A DNA stretch of 64,000 nucleotides from Octopus bimaculoides (taxonomy: Eukaryota), in contig NC_068991.1 in assembly GCF_001194135.2 (NCBI RefSeq), positions 28,411,688 to 28,475,687 on the forward strand, in the 5' to 3' direction. Position numbers and translations under genes: made by a program. The notes under the pieces were generated by a model. The model worked only from the letters and a program-made list of their open reading frames with translations, had not been told where the DNA came from and did not search any database. Each line of letters opens with the position of its first letter. Position 1 is the stretch's first letter. Positions 38,060-49,764 of this stretch are shown piece by piece.

Positions 38060-39229
38060 TTAAATTTTTTAAAAATTTGACTAGTTCTCTTTTTCTTCAT
38101 AACAGTAGAATCCATTGGGACCACATCCCTTCCAGTTCACTCTGTAGAACTGTGGTTCAATAAATTTGAATTGAATTCTGCAAATCCAAACCTAGCTGTT
38201 CTCCATTCCTTCCCCAAATAATATCACAATATCCTCCCTCGCTTCCTATTTTTCTTATTGTAGAGTTCTCACCAATTTTGGTCACTGAACATGATGTTGC
38301 TATTGTTGATGATGATTACTGTTTACTTCACTTGCTATATGGAATATCTCTGACCAATGTGTTAGTTATTAATACTATAAAGCTTGTTGTGCTTCTCAGC
38401 TGGCTTTTTTTATTTTTGCAGTCTCAATTGTAATTTTGTAAAACATCTTTTTCCATTCTATTTTTATTTCTAATAAAAGATATTTCCTGTCAAATTCTGA
38501 GATTTGTTGTTCTTTAAGAGTCAGTAGAATTGAATGGTTTAGTAGTCTACTCTGGACACAAAAGTTGTATGGATTGCATCATATGGTTTTACTCTTGCTC
38601 TGCACATGATGCAGGGGTAAAAGTTAATGATTTAAACTCTACACCAAGACACCTGTTCTGCTCTGGCTTTTCTCTCATGTTTCAATCCCTCATCTCCTAG
38701 CATAAAACTACCTCCTCAGGGTTCATAGTTTTGCAAACTGCATGGCAACCTCACTTGTACTATTGGCACAAAAAAGCACCCAGTATATGTTATAAAATGG
38801 TTATAGTTAGGAAGGAGACCCAACCGTAGAAACTGTACCAAAGTAAACAGTGGAACACAATGCAGGGCTTGGACCCATCAGATCCTGTCAAACTGTCCAG
38901 TTCATACCAACATGGAACATGGATGTTAAATGATCATGATGAACAGTGTACATGTGACACAATGTACGACAAAACTGTATTGTTTTGAATTGCTGCTACA
39001 AATAATCCAATGGGCTTCTATTCAGTTTCCCAGTTCAATCACAAGCTACAGAGAAAGAGAAAGACATTTACTCAAGATGTTACACAGTAAGATCCAACCT
39101 GGATCTTGAGGTTGCAAAGGAAACTTTTTAACCATTCACCTATATGATATCTGTATAGAAAGTTATAGCTCAGCAAATTTTATGGAGATAAATGCAGTTT
39201 AGTTTTGTGCCAGGAGTAAAGTATTATGA

Positions 39230-40385
39230 ATGTTCTCTTACTTGTAAGACAATGGCAAGGAATACAAAGTTAAAAGTAAGCCTCTGTACTTAGCATTTTT
39301 GTCATCCTGAAGAAATTCTTCAACAGGATCCCTTACTCTGTGATTTGGTGGTTGCTGAAGAAGCCAGAAGTAGGCAAATAGCTTATGAGGACCATAAAAG
39401 CCATGCACAGAGATGCTGTCAGTGAGGTGAGAGTTGACAATGAGTACAGCAATGAATTTAGTATTCTAGTAGATCAGTTCTTAGCACCATCCTATTTGTC
39501 ATAGTCCTCTAGACCATATCAGAGAAGTTTAAGACTGGTTTCCTTTTATGCTGATGACCTCTTTATCACAGTTAAATCTGTAGCAGAATTGGAAAAGAAA
39601 TTCAGGTTTAAAACCAAGATGTGAAATCAGTGAGGCTCAAAGTCAATTTACCAAAAACCAAAGTTACTTTAAGTGAACAGACAGGATCCTAATTCTTTCA
39701 GATAAAATATTCTGTATGATATATGTAGAAAAGTTGCAAGCAGAAATTCCATACAGTATATCCATTGCAAACTATGGACAGACAAGTGATGCAGTGATGT
39801 CTCAGGCAGGTTAACAGAGGAAACAGATTTTGTGTGGCAGGAGCTCAGAAGTAATAAACACTAACAATGCACAAGAAACAGACTCTTTCAAATACCTAGG
39901 ATCCCTAGAGGTAGTAGATAGCTTCCGTTACCTAAGTAATCTAATTAGTAGTTGAAGTGGATGTTCTGAATGTATAGATGCAAGAATAAGAACACATTGG
40001 AGAAGGTTCAGAGTGATGTTAGAGTGAATGTAGAAAACTTGCAAAGACTAGAAAGAAAGGAAACTAGCATGCACCATTAGATGTGCTTATGGAAGTGTGC
40101 ATGAACAACAAAGTACAGCTGTGTTGAGAGAATAATTGAGCATAGGAGGAAACAGACAGGGCATGTATGAAAGAAGACTGTGTTAGTATAGTCATATGAT
40201 GCATATGGATGAGAACAGTTGTATAAAAAAGTGCCAACCACATAAATTGGATGGAGCTTGTAGAAGAGGGAGACCCAAGAAGTCATGGGATGAAGGGTGA
40301 AGGTTAATTTTGGGTTTTCTAAATCTCACAGAGATGATCAAGGGCCAAGATGACTGGCAATATGTGATGCTCAAGAAGGCTTATC
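39230..40385 (+). mobile_element. Degenerate RTE LINE reverse transcriptase region
   Basis: FYADDL motif at about 39543-39560; MRTIKAMHRDAVSEVRV; downstream EVVDSFRYL and GACRRGRPKKSW-like remnants with stops and frameshifts. Confidence 0.8.
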
Positions 40386-40861
40386 CATTTCAATGAATCA
40401 GATTCTGGTACCATTATATATATATATATATAAATTTAATGAATGGAGTAAAACGCATATTTTAACTGCATACTTTTATTTCCGACATATGTTTCGAAGA
40501 ATTACAATTTATGCGATCCATAGGAATCGGCGATGTTAAAAATGTGGTAGTAGAGAATGGTTTTAAATCTTAGATTCCTGCAAAAATACTATCACTGAAA
40601 TTTTTATAATGCTCATAGACAAGACATATCTAAAAACATGGGCATATGTGGCAGATATCTGCTGCTGGAATGCTGTTATATTTAATGATGTAATGTTCTT
40701 TTCACTTTATGATATTAACAGAAGAATGCAATTTCAGAGAAATGAAAAAAAAAATGATAGACTTAAAAGGAGATTGTTGGAACTTCACAATAGAGTGTGA
40801 CAAGACGGATATGTGAAACACTCCATCACCTTTAGTTTAGTTGGCACATTTATATTTCATA

Positions 40862-40952
40862 CTAGCAGAAATACCCGGCGTTGCCAGGGTTAAAGAGAAT
40901 AATGAAATCTAAAAACGCCGTCTAGACTACGCATCATCTTTATATATAGAGA
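40862..40952 (-). mobile_element. Minimal (about 91 bp) Helitron-like element
   Basis: On -: A|TCTCTATATATAAAG...hairpin (cccggcgttgccaggg on +)...CTAG|T. Confidence 0.5.
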
Positions 40953-41036
40953 TGTATATACACACACGTATATATATGTATATCAATATAAATATATGAA
41001 AGTCAATGAAGTTTCGTAAAAGAAGGAGATCATGTA

Positions 41037-42033
41037 NNNNNNNNNNNNNNNNNNNNNNNNNNNNNNNNNNNNNNNNNNNNNNNNNNNNNNNNNNNNNNNN
41101 NNNNNNNNNNNNNNNNNNNNNNNNNNNNNNNNNNNNNNNNNNNNNNNNNNNNNNNNNNNNNNNNNNNNNNNNNNNNNNNNNNNNNNNNNNNNNNNNNNNN
41201 NNNNNNNNNNNNNNNNNNNNNNNNNNNNNNNNNNNNNNNNNNNNNNNNNNNNNNNNNNNNNNNNNNNNNNNNNNNNNNNNNNNNNNNNNNNNNNNNNNNN
41301 NNNNNNNNNNNNNNNNNNNNNNNNNNNNNNNNNNNNNNNNNNNNNNNNNNNNNNNNNNNNNNNNNNNNNNNNNNNNNNNNNNNNNNNNNNNNNNNNNNNN
41401 NNNNNNNNNNNNNNNNNNNNNNNNNNNNNNNNNNNNNNNNNNNNNNNNNNNNNNNNNNNNNNNNNNNNNNNNNNNNNNNNNNNNNNNNNNNNNNNNNNNN
41501 NNNNNNNNNNNNNNNNNNNNNNNNNNNNNNNNNNNNNNNNNNNNNNNNNNNNNNNNNNNNNNNNNNNNNNNNNNNNNNNNNNNNNNNNNNNNNNNNNNNN
41601 NNNNNNNNNNNNNNNNNNNNNNNNNNNNNNNNNNNNNNNNNNNNNNNNNNNNNNNNNNNNNNNNNNNNNNNNNNNNNNNNNNNNNNNNNNNNNNNNNNNN
41701 NNNNNNNNNNNNNNNNNNNNNNNNNNNNNNNNNNNNNNNNNNNNNNNNNNNNNNNNNNNNNNNNNNNNNNNNNNNNNNNNNNNNNNNNNNNNNNNNNNNN
41801 NNNNNNNNNNNNNNNNNNNNNNNNNNNNNNNNNNNNNNNNNNNNNNNNNNNNNNNNNNNNNNNNNNNNNNNNNNNNNNNNNNNNNNNNNNNNNNNNNNNN
41901 NNNNNNNNNNNNNNNNNNNNNNNNNNNNNNNNNNNNNNNNNNNNNNNNNNNNNNNNNNNNNNNNNNNNNNNNNNNNNNNNNNNNNNNNNNNNNNNNNNNN
42001 NNNNNNNNNNNNNNNNNNNNNNNNNNNNNNNNN
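41037..42033. other. Assembly gap (largest of many N-runs)
   Basis: Other gaps include 728-1185, 11855-12130, 16914-17218, 21593-22025, 33408-33507 and several of about 10 N. Confidence 0.98.
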
Positions 42034-42089
42034 NGTATACATATACGTCTCTCTCTCTCTCTCTCTCTTTCTCTCTTTCTCTCTCTGTG

Positions 42090-42359
42090 AAAGTATCTGT
42101 CATTACAGTATCGAAATGTGATTGTTTCAGTTAGTGGAATATTTTCATTTTTAAAGTGAAAGTATTTGACATGAGTGTTTTTGTTTCACTTTTGACACGT
42201 AATGCTTAAATAGTGGAGGAGATATTATGTTGCCGTGTGCTCGAACTCTGCAAGAAGTTAATACTTTTTTTTGACTAAAACACAACTGGAACCCTAAGTA
42301 AGGCATGTGTAAAATTTGAATGAAATTGGTTGCGTAGTTCTCGAGTTTTAGGGATTCAC

Positions 42360-42390
<31 letters not shown>

Positions 42391-42416
42391 CACATTCTCA
42401 TTTTTATATATATAGA
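42090..42416 (-). mobile_element. Helitron/DINE-1-like 5' part with (GACA)n
   Basis: A|TC terminus at 42416 followed by tatatataaaaa and a (TGTC)n array; 3' end lost in gap 41037-42033. Confidence 0.6.
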
Positions 42417-44469
42417 TTAGAACTTCATACTTACTATCTCGGTTTGTATTTTCAAATATATATTCTTACAATGCACTTAGTTATATTCTATGATACAGAC
42501 TTTGAGTTGAAGGAGTTGTGGTTCTTGGTTTTTACTGATCAAGCAACTACGTAAAGGACCCTGGGTAAAGACCCACTTCAATCATGAATGACCATGGAAT
42601 TGCACCTAGAAAGTTACCCTCCAAGGCACAAGTCCCGGTAAGGTTGTTTATAAAAGACCAGCAAATTACTCATACATACCAGCCTCCTCTCTCCACACCA
42701 CCAATGTTATCCAAGGGAAAGGCAAATGCTGATACAGCTTGGCATCAGTGATGTTGCAACTCATTTCTACAGTTGAGTGAACTGGAGCAACGTGAAATAC
42801 AGTGTCTTGTTCAAGAACACAGCACACGGCCTGATCCGAGAATCGAACTCACTACCTTATGATTGTAAGCTTGATGCTCTAACCACCAAGCCATGCACCT
42901 TCACCAATCCATGTGACTTAAAGGACCCTACCTTATCCCTTTTATAGTCATACTTGTGGAAGAGTTCTACAACATAGCAACTAGTGGACTATTTATTTAT
43001 CTAAATTTAGTTTGATTTGTCACAGAGATTACAAGATTGGATATAACACCTCACAGTATTTGTTCAGATCCCTTACATTCCAAGTTCAAATCCCATGGAG
43101 GTTAATTTTGGACTTCATTCTTTAGGAGTCAATTAAAATGAGAAACAACCAAGAGCAGTGGACTGGCAAAACTGTAAGAGAATTAGATGAGATACCTTTT
43201 GATGTCTGTCCTAGTCCTTTGACTTTCTGATAGGAATACCTGCTTGACCACTGGTACCAAGCTGTATCAGCCTTAAGATGGCAGCTTATCTCTTAGCTAA
43301 CACTGGCAAGTGTCACATGGATAGCTGCTCGTCTTTCTCAAAAACCTTGCCCAGACCTGCATTTACACATGTGTAGATATACTCAACTTTAATTGACAGA
43401 GGACCCTAAATTATATTTAGTTTTGTCAATTAGAAGGAAAAGAAATCTTCCATTACACAAATAAAGCAGAGCCCAAACAAGATTACTCTCAGATGTTATC
43501 ACAGAATTCAGTTACTCTCAAACTGACCTCAGCAGACATATGCAGAAGAAACTTTAGTCACTGATCAGAGTCTAAGGGAAACATACCATATGATATTATA
43601 ATCAGTAGACTAGACATGAGCAATGATTTTTGAGAAGCAAGTTGTATGAGACACCGCTCATCATAGGTGGACCACACTTCTAAAAAATTCAAACTAATTT
43701 TTTGTTAGGCATGCCATTCAGAAAGTTCCATACGTTGCAGTTTGCAAATGACTGCACTTTACTGACAGAACATCGACACGGTTGCTTAACCTGCGAGAAA
43801 TACTAACCAGCTCATCCTGAAATTACACTGTGTTGTTTTTAAAAAACGAAGGGCACATTTGATAATGTGTCTTACATATACAGTCTTAATTAAATAAAAT
43901 GGATAGTCATGTTTCAAATATCTTTGGTGATTAGACTGTGGCAACATGGCTGATCAAGGTTAAGCAACAACTGCATACAAAATTATTAAGTATATTCAAC
44001 AACTTTTCTATTAAATATAGATTTTTAAAATAGGCATGAATCCACAACAGGAAAAACATGACTATTTTGACCCTAGTATTAAACTGAAATTTTATTTTAT
44101 CAATCCAGAAGGATGAACTTTGATGGAAGGTTTTAATTTAGATCTCTTTAAAACAAGAAGTTTATATCATAAAACCAGATGTGATCTTTGGTAGGTTGGT
44201 ATCAAAAGAATTGAGTTGTATTTTTAAAAATCCACAGCACTGGTGGCATGCTGATTGAATAACACTTGGGAAAGTAAAGAATTTCTTATTGATACTTCAT
44301 TACATAAAAGGAAAGCAAAAAAGCCAAGTTAAAAAAAAAGCTGGGTTTAGGCATAGTTATGTGGTTAAGAAGTTTGCTTCACAACTATGTAATTCAGAGT
44401 TCAGTCCTATTATATAGTACTTGGAGCAAGTCTTTTTTTTTTGTCCACCAGACTTGCCAATCAACCAAA

Positions 44470-44990
44470 ACTAAGTCAACTGTTTTGACCAAAAATACAT
44501 TCTCGTCCACCTCCCTATCCTTCACTCCCCACTCTATCCATTTCAAATACCACTCATATCTTCATCTTTTTGACTCTGTTTCAATGGCTTTATGGGATGC
44601 TACAATATGTTTACTTACCTAACCTTCAACAGACCTGCAAGTAACCCCAACATAAACTCATAAAGACATCTCTCCAGCCAATTTCAATACCAAACCCTCT
44701 CTCCCCACCTGCCCCTCTTTGCTCATATACTTCTCTGTTACAAGCTTACCCAATCCCATATATATCTTCTTTTAGTTTTACTTCTTCACAATTATGTTTT
44801 CTTCTTGAACTCTTTCTACACATTTCAGTCGAATCCCTGAGTTAACACAGGATCTCCCAACAACAATATAGATTTCATAGAATCAAGGTATCTTTGGCCT
44901 GAAGAGTAGCCTATGGTCTACCTCTCATTTTGATAATTTACTACTTCCGAGATTCCGCTGGCTATGAAACATATGTAGCCTTGATTTTAT
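44470..44990 (+). mobile_element. Possible decayed Penelope-like element fragment
   Basis: C-rich strand-skewed sequence; VLTKNTFS only weakly recalls a PLE RT; ends in a hammerhead motif. Confidence 0.35.
44896..44980 (+). ncRNA. Type I hammerhead-ribozyme-like motif with large loop II
   Basis: GGC-CTGAAGA-GTAGCC-(48 nt)-GGCTAT-GAAAC-atat-GTA-GCC: stem I GGC/GCC, stem II 6 bp, palindromic stem III ACATATGT, GUA cleavage triplet. Confidence 0.7.
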
Positions 44991-45236
44991 CTACCCCATT
45001 CCCTAATTTTTTAATGTTTATTCGCATATACAACAACCCCTGTTGCTAACCATGAAATATGAAATTAACTTTTTGCAGCTTATCGTACTTTGATATGGGG
45101 AAAATTCACAACTTTCTGCGCCAATAAACCACTATTGTTTCTGAAAGTTGTTTTTTATATCTTCTACAGATTGCTTAAAGTTCACTAACTTCCTACAACC
45201 GAATTCTTGGATCTTACCTTTATATATGTATATATA

Positions 45237-45448
45237 CAGGGTGTCCACAAAGTCTGGGTACATGGGGATTAACACATACTTTAAGAAATTATTATTTCAT
45301 ATATTTAATTGCTTATGTTATGATTTTATTTACTCCATGTACCCACATGGGGATTAACACATACTTTAAGAAATTATTATTCTTTATATTTAATTGTTTA
45401 TGTTATGATTTCATTTACTCCATGTACCCAGACCTTGTGGACACCCTG
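45237..45448. mobile_element. Tc1/mariner-type MITE with internal tandem duplication
   Basis: TA|CAGGGTGTCCACAAAGTCTGGGTACATGG ... CCATGTACCCAGACCTTGTGGACACCCTG|TA; two 85-bp units (45261-45345, 45346-45430). Confidence 0.9.
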
Positions 45449-45571
45449 TATATTGGCTGGTTGTTGACAAGTTTTTCCGCTTTGTAAGGGTAATTTACCC
45501 AATATTTCAGCTGGTCTAACAATGTCTCTGTATTTGAAAATAAATTATCATCTTATTTGTATCTTACAATA

Positions 45572-45607
<36 letters not shown>

Positions 45608-45649
45608 NNNNNNNNNNTATATATATATATAACATTTATAATATAACAA

Positions 45650-46838
45650 CTTCTGCCACATTCCAGGGAGAAAAACTAGAAGTAGTTGATAGCTCCCGTT
45701 ACCTAGGTGACCAAGTCAGTAGCAGGGGAGGGTGCGCTGAAAGTGTAGCTACTAGAAGAATACCCTGGGCAAAGTTCAGAGAGCTCTTACCCCTGCTGGT
45801 GACAAAGGGCCTCTCCCTCAGAGTAAAAGGCAGACTGTATGACGCATGTGTACAAACAGCCATGCTACATGGCAGTGAAGCATGGGCTGTGACTGCTGAG
45901 GACATGTGTAAGCTTGCAAGGAATGAAGCCAGTATTCTCCGATGGATGTGTAATGTTAGTGTGCATACTCGACAGAGTGTAAGTACCTTGAGAGAAAAGT
46001 TGGACCTAAGAAGCATCAGTTGTGGTGTGCAAGAGAGACGATTGCGCTGGTATGGTCATGTGGTGAGAATGGATGCGGATAGTTGTGTGAAAAAGTGCCA
46101 CACTCTAGCAGTTGAGGGAACCTGTGGAAGAGGTAGACACAGGAAGACCTGGGATGAGGTGGTGAAGCACGAACTTCGAACATTAGACCTCACCGAGGCA
46201 ATGACTAGTGACCGAGACCTTTGGAAATATGCTGTGCGTGAGAAGACCTGGCAAAACAAGTGAGACCATAACCTGTGGCCTTGACCAGGGGTGTAGCCAG
46301 CCCATTTATGCATACCTTTCTTTCTTTGGACACTAAACTCTGCTTGCGAAGACCTGTTGAGGCAAGTGAAATCGAAATTGAACCAAATTCAATGACTGGC
46401 ACCCGTGTCAGTGGAGTGCTGACAGCACCATCCGAGCAGGATCATTGCCAGAGCAGCTGTCTGGCTTCCGTGCCAGTGGAATGTAAAAAACACCATTTGA
46501 GCATGATCGTTACCAGCATTGCCTTACTGGCACATAAACAAAACATTTGAGCGAGGTCGTTGCCAATGCCGCTGGACTGACTCCTTTGCAGGTGGTATGT
46601 AAAAAACACGATTTTGAGCGTGGCCATTGCCAGTACCACCTAACTGGCCCTCATGCCGGTGGCATATAAAAGCACGCACTACACTCTCGGAGTGGTTGGC
46701 ATTAGGAAGGGCATCCTGCAGTAGAAACTCTGCCAGATCAGATTGGAGCCTGGTGCAGCCATCTGGTTCGCCAATCCTCAGTCAAATCGTCAAACCCATG
46801 CTAGCATGGAAAGTGGACGTTAAACGATGATGATGATG
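45650..46838 (+). mobile_element. 5'-truncated RTE-clade LINE, ORF C-terminus (to 46263) plus 3'UTR and (GAT)n tail
   Basis: LEVVDSSRYLG...YDACVQTAMLHGSEAW...RRLRWYGHVVRMD...GRGRHRKTW; ends in gatgatgatgat. Confidence 0.92.
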
Positions 46839-48229
46839 TTATACATACTAGTTATTTTAATCTAAGGTTGTTTGAAGTGCATATAATGAAGTAAGCAAGG
46901 CAGTTTTTTTTTTTTTCGATATTTTTCAAAAACTAGTTCTTTTTTTTTTTAATACTGTTTCCAAAATTTTAAACTTTAAAACTTTTGAACAAATTTCCAT
47001 GGGAAGTGGTTCAACAGTATTCTTTGTTTAGTCTCCAGAGTACCATGGAGTCAATGCATTTGAACCAAATGCAGCAGACTTGCCTGAAATACTAAAGTTT
47101 TTAGTAAGACATCATCTAGGTGTATGAAATATCACTAAACACTATTCTAAAGGCAAGAATAATGTATATAAGCTGTGAGGTAAAGGACAAGAGCTCTAAG
47201 CACTAGATTCTTCACTCCACACAGGGATTAGGCTTATCAAAGTTTCCAGTGAACTTAATCATTAGTTTGATTTTTGATTCTATGATTTACTCAATAAAAA
47301 CATTTGTTTCAGAACAAACATTGAACAAAATAAAAGAAAAAACAAAAAAAAGAGAAGAAACAAATTGATATCCAACAGTAAAAGCAAAGGACATTGATGT
47401 GAAGATTTTGGTAAAGTCAATTTATTGTCAAAAAGAAAACATGAGGAAAAAAAAAATCATTTAAAGTTTCAGGAAAAAGACTTTTAATGTGTTGATTGAA
47501 ATGTTATTAAAAAAAAAAAAAAAAAAGAAAAGAAAAATAGATATTAAATGGTGAAGTCCAGGTGTGAAAATATCTAATATAGAGAAGAATTTAAAGAGTT
47601 GAGAATGTATGAAATGTTTTGCTAAATTCTACAGGGTTTTAATTTTTTTGTGTATTTATTTTTGGGTTTATTTTTGGGTTGTTTTTGATTTCTTTTTTTT
47701 TTTATGTGGAGGGAATATGAAATATAAGAAATTTCAAGTAAAGATTGTAATATAAAAATAACCGGAAACCTCACATGGTTTCAGTTACCTGGAAATTCCA
47801 AGGGATTTTTTAAATGCCAAGGAAAAATATTCAACAAATCTCTTTTGCTTCGGTTTTCTTTTTCAAAAGACTAATTACCATATTGATTGGAATATGTTTC
47901 TAAACAATTTCTAGATACATTTGTAAGATTGATATTGGGAAAATGTTTCAATCGTTTATAGTTTATGTTCAATTTTATAGTTGATGAATATTAAAAAAAA
48001 ATAAAATGGTGATAAAAACTGTTCATCTATTTTATTATATTATGTTATTTTTTTTTTAATTTTTGCTTTTAAGAAAAAGTGTTGAAAGAATGTTACAGAC
48101 TAAATGATCCTGAACACCTCTCTATATAAACGAGATAGATCGAAGAAGAATTTTCAACTTAGCATGTTTAGTTTTATAATTTAGATTATTATTATTACTA
48201 TTATCATTATTATTATTACGATATTGGAA

Positions 48230-48700
48230 TAAATGATAAAGGTCATTATGATGATAATACTCTATAGCATTATGATATTATTAAATATCATTATGGTATT
48301 ACATATTATGACATTGTTAAATATCATTTCAATATTATTAAAATGTAATTACAATATTGTCAAATATTCTGAAATTAAGTGGCAATATTGCCATAAATTA
48401 TGAAGGTCGTTACATTATTAAAGACTATGATTTTTATTAATGTTTACTGTAATATTATTAAAGACTACTAAGACATCATAAAGATACAACTGATGACTAT
48501 GACATCATAAAAATGAATGATCACTATGATATTTAATAAAGATCATTATGATATTAAAGCTCACTCGCAAAGATCACTATGACATTATCAAAGTTCAATG
48601 AGATATTATCAAAGACAATTTTATTGTTGTTATTGCAGTTCACTATGACATTATTACAGCTTACTATGATATTACTTAAGATCACTATGATATTAAGTGT
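48230..48700. repeat. Degenerate short-period tandem repeat (aagatcactatgacattatt-like)
   Basis: Recurring ctatgac/tatt units of about 15-20 bp. Confidence 0.6.
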
Positions 48701-49764
48701 TGGCAGTAACATTGTGTCTCTACTATTTATCATTTATATAAAAAATCATATTTTACCTTCAAGATTATTCATTTACATATGTAATTAATATTAATATTAA
48801 TTAACATCTAAAGTTATAATATCCTCGAATAGCCTTCATCAAAAATTAATTTTAAAAAATGCCATATGTGTGCAAGTTTGGGTGTGCATATATATATATT
48901 ATATACATACACATATATATATGAGTACATATACGCATTATTTTTCTTCAAGAAAAAGATACAGAAAACCTTAATTATTTATAAGAATTAAAAGTTCAGA
49001 TTGATTAAATTTACCAAACGTTAAGAATAAAAAAAAAGAAAAACAGAAAATATGCTTTAAAAACTTCATTTATATATTTTGTAGAAAATGTCTAAGTTAA
49101 AACAGTATTTCAGTATAAGTCACCTAAAGTAAAAAGATCAAGAAGAAGAATATGAATGAGCAAAATCTTTAAGAATTAAATATCAAAAAATTTAAGAGCC
49201 TTAAGATATTAGGCTATTTAATAAAAAAAATAAAAAACTACTCTCATTATTATGACTATTGTTATATCATTATTAAGTTTTATCATTATTAAGTGCCTAT
49301 AGTAGAAAGAAGTATTATTATTATCATTATTATTAAAATTAATGTGAATGTTAAGACTTCCTGAAGAGACACACAAACTTAGATAGATAGGACAGAGGAA
49401 ACATAACTGTATGATGTTCATGTTGTTTTTTAGAGGATTTAGCAACATGCGTGAAGTAAAACAAATACAAATGGGTGGGAATCAAAACAAACCTGACAAG
49501 AACTTAACCATTAAGATTATTAGAGTAAAAATGATGGCAATAATAACAATCTGTAATTTTTTTCATGATGGATGGGGTAGGGAGTAGAAATAAAATAACC
49601 AATTCATAATTTTTTCTCATTAATTCTCATCAAATGAAATGAATTAAAAAGATCAATTCAAACTATATTTATAAATGAAAAACATTCCATAACTTATATA
49701 AAACATTCAACTATTGAGTATATTATTGCTATTTTTTTTCTTTTTTAAGGTAGTAAAATCATTA

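Noticed and set aside
40480-40499. Minus-strand CGAAAC-ATAT-GTC hammerhead 3' half
   Set aside because: No matching CUGANGA found upstream on that strand before the gap, so it is only a half motif.
40927-42121. Long ORFs of 350-370 aa (also 724-1311, 16842-17290, 21534-22109)
   Set aside because: They consist of N-gap X residues.
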